This document shows positions 30,001 through 40,734 of a DNA stretch of 64,000 bases, one piece after another. Made by a program: the position numbers and the translations under genes. The notes under the pieces were generated by a model, which saw nothing but the letters and a program-made list of their open reading frames with translations, made no database searches and was not told the origin of the DNA. How positions within the stretch are numbered: position 1 is the stretch's first letter; every line of letters starts with the position of its first letter. The stretch comes from Macrostomum lignano (taxonomy: Eukaryota): contig NIVC01001776.1 of assembly GCA_002269645.1 (NCBI GenBank), forward strand, positions 62,001-126,000, given 5' to 3'.

Positions 30001-31748
30001 TATAATTCAATTCTTACAGCAAGTCAATTGGAGTAAAAAATTATGACATAATCAATTTCTCAGTCAGCCAGAATCAGTCTCAATTTAAGTTGGCAATATG
30101 GTTACGCAATTTCATTCAAGTTTTGTGTGCATTTGTTCGGCACTGTTTTCAACTTGTTGTGATGCAATCTTTATCACAATCGGAATTCAGTCAGTCAGTT
30201 TTTTCTCTAGCATTTTTACAGTGCGTTTCAAGTCGAAATAGCTGCTTGACCTTTGCAAAAAAGCATGTTTTTCGAATATTTAATCCCTTTAGCATCGAGC
30301 AATTTCTTAGCCACGATGCATGTACCGTCACGGAAAAATTTCTGATCGAATGGTGCAAGTTCGAAGAAAATCGGTTCAGGCATTCAGGCTGTGGACTGGA
30401 ATTCCGGTCAGACAGACAGACAGACAGATCTTAGAGATTTAGTATATTGTGAGATGAGATGAGATGAGATGAGAATGAATGATTAGTTATTTTATATTAA
30501 TTCGATATTATCTATTCAAGAGTTAAGATTTTTTAAAGTTCCATGCGTCAATTTTTTGCATTGAAACTTTACTCACAACATTGCTGATTCACATATTATG
30601 ATTTATAGCCTCTGTAGTGCCAGACTATATGTTCACACATTTATTAGCTCACAGACCTAGCGTTCACATATTTTCCATTCACAGATTCTTTATTCACCAA
30701 ATGAGCATTCACTGAATCCGGATTCACATATTTCTCATTCACAGACGTCTGACTCACAGATTCTGCATTCACCGATTACACATTCACAGATTCTGATTTA
30801 CAGGTTTCACAGTCACGAACTCCACATTTACATATTCCGCCGTTCACAGATCCTGTATTCACTGATTACACATTCACAGATTCTGATTTAACGTTTTAGC
30901 AACCACAGGTTCTGTGTATTAACAGATATCACATTCACAGACCCGCTCTGTAGTCCCAGCGTCCTTATTCACATGTGCCGCACTTACAGATTCCATATTC
31001 ATAGATTTCTATTTCGTGAATGAAGCTTCCTTCTCCTCAAAGAAGTTTAAAATTTGAAATTTCAGCAGCTTCACTAAAAACACTGGAATTGTCTGATGAG
31101 AATATCAAATGGTGAAAATAAGCCTTTGACATTTCCCCATGCCCTCCAGATAATTGGCATCATCAGCAGTTTGGCCCTGATCGTCACTATTAACAAGGAC
31201 ATGAAGATGGTACGTAAGCAGGCGGGCAAGGACTATCGGATGCCCGGAGGCGGCGGCTATTGAGCTCGAATGATAGACCTTTGTTTTTCCTGACAAAATA
31301 ATTACCTTCTTTGTGCGTGCGCTCCTGTCAGTCCTATTATTACTAATATTGCTTAAATTAAAATAATTGCAGACCTGTAAAACTTTGACCTTAATGTCTT
31401 ATTTAAGCTTGTTTTACCGTTAGCAGTGAGATGGTGCATCTAATCGAGTGTGTTTGACTTAAGCTGCTTACACTGTATGTGGAATTTAAGCATAGGATTA
31501 TTTGTTTGAATGCAAAATTAGACTTAAATTAGATTAATAGTCTATGGCCACAAGACTGTATATTGATTTTCCTGCGCAAAGCCAGCGGGCACGAGACCAC
31601 CAACTTCACGCCCGCCCAGACTGTTGTCTATGGCAAATCCTCACTGGGTGCTGCGCGAACAGAAACTATGCTTGGCCATAGACAGTTAGGGACCCTCAGG
31701 TTTCTCCAGCACCCCCTCTGTTTCAGCAGTGTAATTGAAATCAAGTAG
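21100..31748 (+). CDS. Tetraspanin, copy 1
   Basis: Exons 21100-21161, 21233-21302, 21376-21735, 23706-23987, 24919-25002, 31150-31213, 31582-31748 (or read-through to TGA at 31263). Four TM helices; large loop has CCA (for CCG), PESCC, C and GC; GT-AG ends and phases are consistent. Confidence 0.9.
21805..23600 (+). repeat. 19/22-bp self-complementary minisatellite in tetraspanin intron 3 (duplicate ~50863-52755)
   Basis: TATCAGATTTGAGAGTCTGATC and TATCAGATTGAGTCTGATC variants. Confidence 0.96.
24012..24885 (+). repeat. 40-bp minisatellite in tetraspanin intron 4 (~21 units; ~4 units at 53167-53326)
   Basis: TATTTCTACTGACAGTAGTTTGTAGCAGTTTTTATTCCTG with internal palindrome CTACTG-A-CAGTAG. 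Confidence 0.95.
25520..27180 (+). repeat. 22/23-bp satellite, block 1 (inside the Helitron-like element)
   Basis: ATGTTTGACATGGTGGCTCTTTA with diverged higher-order variants. Confidence 0.93.
27345..27515 (+). repeat. 18-bp minisatellite
   Basis: GCATCCCCCAGATAGCAA. Confidence 0.9.
27590..29840 (+). repeat. 22/23-bp satellite, block 2 (inside the Helitron-like element)
   Basis: Same monomer as block 1, more homogeneous. Confidence 0.95.
29903..29968 (-). pseudogene. Degenerate tRNA-like sequence inside the Helitron-like element (second copy 27231-27296)
   Basis: Minus strand AGATAGCCAAGATG...TGGACTGCTA...CTGGGTTCGAATC followed by a T-run. GGACTGCTAAT in the 27231 copy resembles a tRNA-Ser(GCT) anticodon arm; the acceptor stem does not pair. 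Confidence 0.45.
30575..31010 (+). repeat. Degenerate ATTCACA(GA) repeat region (duplicate ~53570-54090)
   Basis: ATTCACAGA/ATTCACAT motifs recur at roughly 20-bp spacing. Confidence 0.7.
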
Positions 31749-33837
31749 TGAGGTTGTGAAATCAAATGGAAGATCATGTTTCATAACAAATTTTTGTATT
31801 TGTCGATGCAATGCTGATTCACGATCGTGTCTAATGCCATAAGTCCCAAGGGGTTGAAGAGAAATAGCCATACCTGATAATTGACCTATAGAGGCTTTAG
31901 TGCTGATTTCTTCTATCTGAGTGTAATTTACGAGTAATTCTGCCCAATGCGAAACATTCCAATGTTTTTTAATGTGTGTTTTTCATTCCTAAGCTCGTTT
32001 CCCGTGTATATAATGGTACGTCTAAAAAAAGTAAAATTTTCTGCTTATAATCATCCGTTGTAGCCTGCAAACAACACGACCAACTGCAAGCAGTGTTTTT
32101 GTCTACCCATTAATACTATTTGCTCGGTTCTAGCATATAGCAAATACATTTTACCAAGGCTGGAATGAAAGCTTCTTGTAATACGCTTCATTAGCATGAT
32201 TCTTGCTATTATACCTACATTTTTAGTCATCAAGTATTTACTCTCTTTTTTCAAAAAGAAGATACGAAATAGTTCGTTTAGGATTGCAGATTATTTTTTA
32301 TCGTTTGAAGCAAGGAATTCATTTCTAGCTTAGTGTATGGGTACTCGAACTTATTTATATGGCACATATGGAATATAATTTTTAGTATAGAGGACTAGCA
32401 TTTTGCACCCTCGTGTGGGGCGCGAGCGGGGACACAGGCTCACACGAACGATGCTGGCGAGCCAAGCGTTGTACGAGCTATTGTTTTACTGCTTGATGGC
32501 TCAGCCTATTGCATTATGCTAATGACAATGCCTTGTGTTGGCTAATAAACTTGATACTAGCTAATTGCCCTTCATAGTTTATACGATTTCAACAAATTGC
32601 GACAAAGGCCATGCCGCCGGACCTAATCCGGCGTTCGCCAGCAGGCAGTCGACGAAACGCCGAGTGCCCGATTGTCTCCGGCGGTAGGGCGCCTGCAGTG
32701 TCAGCAGCAGCGCCTCTTGCACCTGGTACGGAGTACGGACAGTAGGGACTCGGCGCGGTAAAATGATAAAATGACATCACAGCTTAGGATGAGCACTAGC
32801 TTTGCCAGAGCCCCTCTAAGCCAGGTTGCCTTGAGAGTGCGACCCTAAGTGTGTTCTTTGGTACGGCTGGGGCTGGACCGCTCGATGTTCCCCTCACGGT
32901 CCCTGGCGCCACCCAGAAGATCCGCATGGGCCGGCGCAGCAGCGGCTCGGCGGGCAGCACCACATCTCCGACCGCGCCCATTTCTCTCACGCCAGCGCTC
33001 AATACGTTCGCTGCCGCTTGGTCTTGCCTCTGCTGGACGCCGCAGCAGTGAAACGCGGCTCATTCCTGGATTCCGTTTAGGCGTCCATAGAAATTGGTTT
33101 ACAGTCTCCAGCACATCTTGACCAGCAATTAAAGCATTCCAGGAAAGCTCTTTCGTCTCTGCATCTATCGAATTTGGGCTATTCAGCTCACCGAATTCGT
33201 CGTCTGACATGAACGCCTCTTTGTCATTGGACGCCATTATCCCAGAAATTACTTGTTGCTTTTACTATAAGATACTTAAGAATGATTTAACTCAGTCGTA
33301 ACTCGTAAAAATACAGTATATCTATATATGTTAGTGTTCTTAGGCTATGCATTTTCATCCGACTGGAATAGTGATAGACATGGAAAGTCGTCACTCCTAA
33401 GAAAATAGTCTATGGTATGAGCGTTAAGCTTTTAAACTTAAACTTACCATCCGACCGAAAAGGAGATGAACGGTTCATTTGGCTCAGTTAGAAAGAGATT
33501 ATTTTGCAGGCTCTTCGAAAATCACGCCAATTTTTATACAGTTCATTTGAAGCATTATTACGACTTTTTATTAAAAATGTGCTATGCATCATCAACTGGA
33601 ATTATTTGAGCGTTGAATGATACTTTTATTTGGCAATATTATCGAGAAGTTTCAAAAAAACAAATTGATGAAAAAATTAGCAGTTCACATTACAATAATG
33701 TAAAATCGTACAAAAAAGTATTATATTAAATGAATTAAAATTTTAATCATTAAATGAGCACCGATCTTTTCATCATGAACAATTGTTAAAAAATTAATGA
33801 ATGACGTGGCCATGGAGTGCATGTACGGCAGCTATCT

Positions 33838-36536
33838 TTAAATAGACCTGGGTGCCACCAGCTTGCAAATACCAACTGTGGACAGTAACGCCATAATTAC
33901 CAGAGCAAAGACCAACACGGCTGTCTGAGTTCCGAAATCCAGTCTTCCTTCAGCATCCTCGATGTCTTTCTTATCTTTCCTCTGCTCGGCAGAGAGTGTG
34001 ACAGGTACAGAAACTGTGGTAGAGGTGCTCTCTGATTGTTGTGACGCTGATGAAGCCTCTGTAGTTGTAGTTGGTGTAGTTGTGGTTGTAGTTGATGTAC
34101 TTGTTGAAGTTGTTGTGGTCATCGGCGTAGTTGTCGTCGTGCTTGTTGACGTGGTTGTCGTGGTTGTTGACGTGGTCGTCGTGGTTGTTGGCATGGTAGT
34201 CGTGGTTGTTGGTGTAGTCGTCGTCGTTGTAGTCGTTGAAGTAGCTGACGGAGTCGTTGATGATGGTGCAGATGTCGAAGCAGCAGTGGTTTCTACCGCT
34301 GTTGGAGGTTGAGTAGGCGGTGGAGTGCTGGAGAGTTCACTTTCAAAGCTGCAGTTTGCATAGAGGTTGATTTTTTTACTACTGTTTTCACCGCTCTGAA
34401 TCTCGATAAGCATGAAGCTCCCAGTCGAGGGGTTTAAAAGCTGGCAAACAACTGGCCAGTAAGAGGTACTAACTGATTGGAACACCTGGACCAGTCGGTC
34501 GGCATTGTCCCCAGTTGAAATTCCGTTCACTAGAACGTTGCCCCATTGCAGCACCATGTTGCTGGCGTCCCCGAGTATCCGAAAGGACACGCTGGCAGCC
34601 GACGGCTCGACCAGGCTAGTGGTGTCTCGGTTGGTCCACATCAGCTCTGAATCGGACGAGTTCAAAGCCAGAATGCACCAGGCCAGCTTTGCAGCAGATT
34701 CCTCTGCTGTGGCATTGGCTGCCGGGCACGGGTTGAACCGCAATGCGGTTCTGTTGACCAAGTTCACAGTGACAGTCGGGTTGGCGGAGTCCGCGCAAAC
34801 CTCCGTCCAATTCGCGTCGCCCTGGAGGAAAACTTTTAAAAAGGCGTCTCCCAGTGCCAGGCTGGAACTGCTGTCGCAGGGTGCCACGTAAAGGTCAAGG
34901 GTAGCTCTGACTACGGTAGGTGTAGTGGCGCCGGAGTCCAACCCGATCACGATTTCGTCGACCGCATTCACGAGGACAGCCCCGTCAGCTTTGGATGCGT
35001 TGCAGAAGTTAAGGCCCCCAAACGTCTGCTCAGTCAGAAGTCGCTGCAGTGTGGGGCCCCAGTAGCCACCGGAGGAGCTTTGGACGGCCGGGACTGGGAG
35101 AGTTTCGTTGGAACTGTTGGCTGGAGCACCCAGCACCAGGGTAGGCTGTACGAGACTCCCACAGTCCATATGCATATCCACGGTTTCATTGTTGTCAGAG
35201 ATTGTCACTAGCAAGTCCTCCGTAGCATTGAGAACACTGCAGATAAGCAGCCACCATCTTTGCCCCGGAGCCGTTGAAATGGACGTCAAAACCGCCTGTA
35301 CGCGTTGATTTGGCGACATGGAATCTTCGAGCAGGCCAGAGTTCACTTGAACGCGATACCAAGTGGCATTCGACAGTGAATCCGTGCTGCTACTGAGCAT
35401 TACAGATGCTGTGGTGTTGCTGTCTCTGGGCTCTGGTAGAGTTCGATTGACCCACACGGGGTCCCAGTTGGCTGTGTAGGTCACCAGCACCCACGCGGTC
35501 ACCTGCTGCTCAGTGATTCCAGAATGCTGTACTTCATAGTTGCAGGGCTGCAAAGTGTTCTGTAACTCTGGTCTAACTGACGACTGCAGGTAAATAGCCA
35601 GGTTGATCGTGTTGTCGCAGATGTCTCGCCATTGAATCACAGTCGGCATTTTCGCTACTAAAAAATTTCGAGTGGCTTCTGAACCATCACTGCAGAAGAT
35701 GACGTATAGTTTAATGCTTGACTTCACCGAGTAGACTAAACCTGGCGTGTTCGCGTCCGTGATGTTGTAAGCATCTACCGCCTCTAACACAACGCTCTTC
35801 GATGGAGGCGCGTTGCACAGCCGAAAACGAGTGGCCAACTCCGAGCTGAAGGCCTGCGTCCAAACCAGGGCCTGGGACGGCTGCTGATGCAACGCGCAGA
35901 TGGTCAGCAGGGCCAGAAGCGGCGCAGCTGTGGCAGCGGCGTTGGCTGCAATGAGTTAAAATATCAGAAACTTCTCAAACCCAATTTGCATGTCCGTTAG
36001 TCTTTTAATTACCCTAAATCTTTGTCTCAGTCTATATCCTAGAGTAGCACCAAAACGAATCTACGTATCGAATCTACGCACTCCTTCAGAGTCACAACGC
36101 CAAATCAATGTACTTTTAATGGCCTGAGAATCTCTTCAGTTTAAATTGGTTTTGAGTGTAAAGAAATGACACAGGTGAACGAAAATTCCCAGCCATCTAA
36201 ACGTAAATCGAGAGTCTTGCAGTTCAAACGAAATGTTCTAGAATGCCGCTTCATTAGAAAACGTTTCAAGCAGCTACTGCAGTACTTTCCGGCGATTTTT
36301 TGCTATCTAATTGGCCGCTAATGATTTCAAGCGAAAAAATACTTTGAAGCAGGTTCTCTGTCTCGGTAACTTGAAGCAAAGTTCATTAGTTATTTTTTTG
36401 CTGAGATTCTGCCGCAGGAAACGTGCCACTGCTTGATTTGATTTTAGTTCAAGTGACTCGGTTGCAGCTAGTTATGTTACACAGATGCAAACTGTGAAAA
36501 TTAAGCCATAAATTATTATCTATGACACTTACGCAT
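33838..36536 (-). CDS. Orphan type-I membrane glycoprotein, 703 aa: signal peptide, two ~219-aa Cys domains, Thr-rich mucin stalk, TM, very short tail; copy 1
   Basis: join(36536-36533 ATGC|GTAAGT, 35945-33838 after ctcattgcag|CC) gives MPNAAATAAPLLALLTICALHQQPSQA-LVW... Many N-x-S/T sequons; poly-Thr stalk at ~34030-34330; TM TAVLVFALVIMALLSTVGIC. Confidence 0.85.
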
Positions 36537-37042
36537 GGCTGCTGAGTCTCACCGGGGCGAATACCTTATAGCAGTGGCTGCAAGACGCTTCTAGTCAGCT
36601 CAGAGTTGAGGCCCGTCATTGATGGACCGAGCCAGAGCTCTCACTGCGTGAGCTTTTTATTCCGGCCTTCTGCGCGCACAAGTGTTGAGCTGGGGTTGTC
36701 ATTCTTCGGGTGCAATTGGAATTCGCGTGGACAGACGCACGCAGGGGTCACCTGAGCATTCGTGGTTAAGTGTTTGCCATGGGTGGCTAAGGGTAGGTTA
36801 GTCCCTGTCTTTTATTGTCTCAGAAACACACAGAGCCCATCTCCATCTTCTGAGCTATACGCTACTCAAATACTTGAACGCCCTCGCACAACAGCAGATT
36901 GAAGACAACTGCCGCTTGTTTTTGCCTCTCTGCGTCGACTTTTTGCCGGCCTCTCTCTACCCTAGCCGAGACAGAAGATGATAGTTAAAGCAATGGAAGG
37001 GGCTTAGGCAGAAATACAACCGAAGATGCCGCTGAACTCCCT

Positions 37043-37480
37043 CCACACAGCTATCCATCCATACAGCTATCCATCCACATAGCTATCCATCCATATAGCT
37101 ATCCATCCATATAGCAATCCATCCACACAGCTATCCATCCATATAGCAATCCATCCACACAGCTATCCATCCATATAGCTATCCATCCACATAGCTATCC
37201 ATCCACATAGCTATCCATCCACACAGCTATCCATCCACATAGCTATCCATCCACACAGCTATACATCCATACAGCTATCCATCCACATAGCTATCCATCC
37301 ATATAGCTATCCATCCACATAGCTATCCATCCACATAGCTATCCATCCACACAGCTATCCATCCATACAGCTATCCATCCACATAGCTATCCATCCACAC
37401 AGCTATCCATCCAGATAGCTATCCATCCACACAGCTATCCATCCACACAGCTATCCATCCACACAGCTATCCATCCACAT
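37043..37480 (+). repeat. 16-bp minisatellite (duplicate ~60163-60583, one unit shorter)
   Basis: AGCTATCCATCCACAT; offset changes from 23120 to 23104. Confidence 0.95.
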
Positions 37481-38354
37481 AACGATCCCCTTAAATTAAC
37501 GATACCTCAGCAACTCGTTAATTAGTCCCGGAAAATACGCATATAGCTGCCTGGTTATTGAAATTCAGAGGTTCAGAAGGCTTCTTTTTCGTTAAATGTT
37601 CCTCAAATTAGTGCAGCTGCTTTCTGCTTCAGTTCAGTTGTCAATTGAAAGGCTAGCGTGCCTTTGCCTTTGCTTGCCAACCATCCACTGTTTCAATTCA
37701 GCCTATCGTGACTTCCCCCAGGGTTGGGTATTCAGTTATTCAGAGTGGTCCTTCTTATTCAGTCCAAGAGCAACTGATTTTTCGTGCAAAGCATCAGGTA
37801 TCCAGTGTATTTCCACAAAAACACAGATAGACTCGATAAATCTATTCAAACGCAGAGGTTTCTAAAAGTCTAAAAGTGCCACAACAGAATGACTGCAATG
37901 CACTTTGCAGTGACGCAATACAACAGAATAGCGTAGCCAGGTTTTGCTTGCGTGTTAAATAAGCGCGAATCTTTGACGAGCCTGAGCTGTCACGATCTCA
38001 ATCTGGAAGGAGTCTTCTGAAAAGCGCATCCCTAATCCTCCTAATCCAGAGTAGGATAGGGATTAGCGTTTAATCCACACTAATTCCAATGGATTTGGAT
38101 TTCACATAGTCCAAAAGCTTTCACTCGACGACTGAATTCAAGAAAAGTTCGAATTGTAATTTCTTAAATCGTCATCGCGTGTTGAAGCGGCTGTTGACTT
38201 GACCGACTGAATCTGCTAAGGAGTCTTCTTATACAGGACTTTTCTGGGTTTAGAAAAATGCCAATCCAATTTCTTGTCTGAGTTGGGAGTTTCCATTCGG
38301 TAAAATATCATGAATTAACCATTTTCAGCTTAAAGTAAGACATACGTCTTATAA

Positions 38355-38820
38355 TGACTGAGGGATTGGAGAGGCAGACTCAGGGACTGATCAGGGAGCT
38401 GAGAGGCAGACTCAGGGACTGATCAGGGAGCTGAGAGGCAGACTCATGGACTGATCAGGGAGCTGAGAGGCAGACTCAGGGACTGATCAGGAAGCTGATA
38501 GGCAGACTCATGGACTGATCAGGGAGCTGAGAGGCAGACTCAGGGACTGATCAGGGAGCGGAGAGGCAGACTCAGGGACTGATCAGGAAGCTGAGAGGCA
38601 GACTCAGGGACTGATCAGGGAGCTGAGAGGCAGACTCAGGGACTGATCAGGGAGCGGAGAGGCAGACTCAGGGACTGATCAGGGAGCTGATAGGCAGACT
38701 CAGGGACTGATCAGGGAGCGGAGAGGCAGACTCAGGGACTGATCAGGGAGCGGAGAGGCAGACTCAGGGACTGATCAGGGAGCTGATAGGCAGACTCAGG
38801 GACTGATCAGGGAGCGGAGG
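38355..38820 (+). repeat. 32-bp minisatellite (duplicate ~61460-61924)
   Basis: GAGAGGCAGACTCAGGGACTGATCAGGGAGCT. Confidence 0.95.
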
Positions 38821-38861
38821 TTCCCTCAGTTTGTCAGCAGTTGACTGAAAGTCGGCAATTT

Positions 38862-40595
38862 CTACCAATGGTGGTTTTTCCGATTCAGCAGTGTCAGCTC
38901 AGTGGCACTCGGGGCGCCCCGAGTTGGCGCCTGTCCCGATGAGGAGCTGCGCTGCTGTCGATGACAGGCCTGCAGCGTTGTTGTGGCGGCTGAGGTCAGT
39001 CGCTGACGCTGCTGCATCTGGCCGGGCCGTTTTTGACGCTGGCGCCGACAGAAGCAGCTCAGGAGGCGCCAGAAAGCGCGCTTGAATTCTCGGTTTGAGC
39101 AGGCGTAGATCACGGGGTTGCACAGAGAGTTGCAGTAGCCCAGCCAGAACACAACTTTGAACAGCAGGTCCGGCACTGAGCACTGCCGACAGAGAATCTC
39201 CTCTGTGGAAGCGGTAGGTAAGAATTATTGTTCTCACTCAATGTACATTTGAACCTACAATCTCGTCCCCACTCAATGTACATTTCAACCTACAATCCCG
39301 TCCCCACTCAATGTACATTTGAACCTACAATCTTGTCCCCACTCAATGTACATTTCAACCTACAATCCCGTCCCCACTCAATGTACATTTGAACCTACAA
39401 TCTCGTCCCCACTCAATGTGCATTTCAACCTACAATCTCGTCCCCACTCAATGTACATTTGAACCTACAATCTCGTCCCCACTCAATGTGCATTTCAACC
39501 TACAATCTCGTCCCCACTCAATGTACATTTGAACCTAAAATCCCGTCCCCACTCAATGTACATTTGAACCTACAATCTCGTCCCCACTCAATGTACATTT
39601 GAACCTAAAATCTCGTCTCCACTCAATATACACTGAACCTGTTATCTCATTCATTGGCAGAACAGACTCAATCAAATAACTTAAGCTCGTAATAAAAATT
39701 TCCAAGCTAAAACCCTCAAACTCGGACACAGGAGAATTATCGGACACGCACTGAACGGATAGATGAAGAAGAAGGGCAACCAGCACAGGATGAAAACGCC
39801 GACCACAATGCCCAGAGTTTTAGCGGCCTTTTTCTCGCGCTTGAACCGGGCCAGCTTGCCTGAAATTTAAATTATTAATTACATGTATTAACTAACGAGA
39901 TTTTTCAAAATTTTAGAACTAAAAAAATGAGTACGAGAACTAACTCTAGTCAATGCGAACTCAGACATCTGACGTGCATTAAAATTGCCTGTTATAATAC
40001 CTGTACCGTGCAATCAGTGTGGGCTTGCAGCCTAGTGGTTAGAGCGTCGGACTCAGGACTGAATGGTCGGGGGTTCGATTCTCGACCCACTTGGAATGCT
40101 TTGTGTCCTTGAGCAAGACACTTAACTCTGCATTGCTTCAGTTCACCCAGCTGTAAAATGGGTGCCAGCATTAGCTGGGGTAACTGAGGGTGTGGCGACC
40201 CCTCAGTCCTTGGACTGAACAGCCGTACGCAGCCTTCAGATGCGCCGCGCAATAGCTGCGGCTGAGCTGTCGGTTGCACATCTGCCCATTGGGGCAGGTG
40301 TAATCAATTATTATTAAAATTATTATCACAGTACAATACTTTTACTACGTGGGAGGACACCAAGAGCTACAATTGTGCGCCAGTCTGTTCTGGTGAAAAA
40401 ATCAAATTCAAAATTTCTAATTCATAAGAAGCATGGCTACGGGTTTCACCAATAGCTTGTAACTAAGCAGCTTTCACGGACAAGTACTCGCTGAAAACAA
40501 GTTAGGCGTACCTTGTTGATCCGCGGTTTTTCCATGGGTATGCGATACTATAATCACGGGTGTTTGGGTGGTTTGGTGCGCCACATTGGCATCAG
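38862..40595 (-). CDS. 3' exons of a class-A amine GPCR (alpha1-adrenergic/octopamine-like), copy 1, 5'-truncated
   Basis: Exon 39859-39752 [36 protein letters not shown] (TM6); exon 39202-38862 ...[32 protein letters not shown] (TM7, NPxxY, helix 8); candidate phase 1-1 ICL3 exon 40595-40512. No TM1-5 exons found before the junction at 41866. Confidence 0.88.
39234..39632 (+). repeat. 35-bp minisatellite in a GPCR intron (duplicate ~62338-62806, two units longer)
   Basis: ACTCAATGTACATTTGAACCTACAATCTCGTCCCC; offset changes from 23104 to 23174. Confidence 0.95.
40021..40325 (+). mobile_element. tRNA-derived CORE-type SINE, antisense in a GPCR intron
   Basis: A-box (TAGTGGTTAGAGC), B-box (GGTTCGATTC), then GCTTTGTGTCCTTGAGCAAGACACTTAACTCTGCATTGCTTCAGTTCACCCAGCTGTAAAATGGG (40098-40162), which resembles the MIR/CORE consensus; ends in an (ATT)-rich tail. 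Confidence 0.78.
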
Positions 40596-40734
40596 CTTGA
40601 TAAATAAATAAATTTAACAAAATAGTTAGCAGCAGGCATATATGACACAGGCAAGGTAAAGTCGAAATAAATAAATGAACTGTTATGCAATGCTCGCCAG
40701 ATTCACAGTCTGACTAAACAGGGCTCTGACGCTA

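Larger units (their letters stand above)
25043..30482 (-). mobile_element. Non-autonomous Helitron-like element with satellite cargo, in tetraspanin intron 5 of copy 1 only
   Basis: On the minus strand it begins A|TC at 30482 with (ATCTC)n, ATACTAA, (TCTG)n and GAACCGATTTT, and ends with a GCCCC-GAAGG-GGGGC hairpin, 9 nt, then CTAG|T at 25043. No TSD. Absent at the equivalent site ~53470 in copy 2. Confidence 0.7.

Noticed and set aside
25038-30489. TAGTT target-site duplication implying a cut-and-paste transposon or retroelement
   Set aside because: There are no terminal inverted repeats, LTRs or poly-A, and the empty site does not match a clean TSD model; Helitron-type termini explain the ends better.
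31540-31683. 11-bp inverted repeat (GTCTATGGCCA/TGGCCATAGAC) bracketing the last tetraspanin acceptor
   Set aside because: A rough estimate gives about two such 11-bp pairs within 150 bp by chance in 64 kb, so it is not distinguishable from background.
33838-33860. PDZ-binding motif at the mucin protein C-terminus (-RSI)
   Set aside because: The -2 residue is Arg, which does not fit class I or class II consensus.
40021-40090. Functional tRNA genes (also 790-855, 13804-13868, 27231-27296, 29903-29968)
   Set aside because: A and B boxes are present but the acceptor and anticodon stems do not close; the context is SINE or pseudogene.
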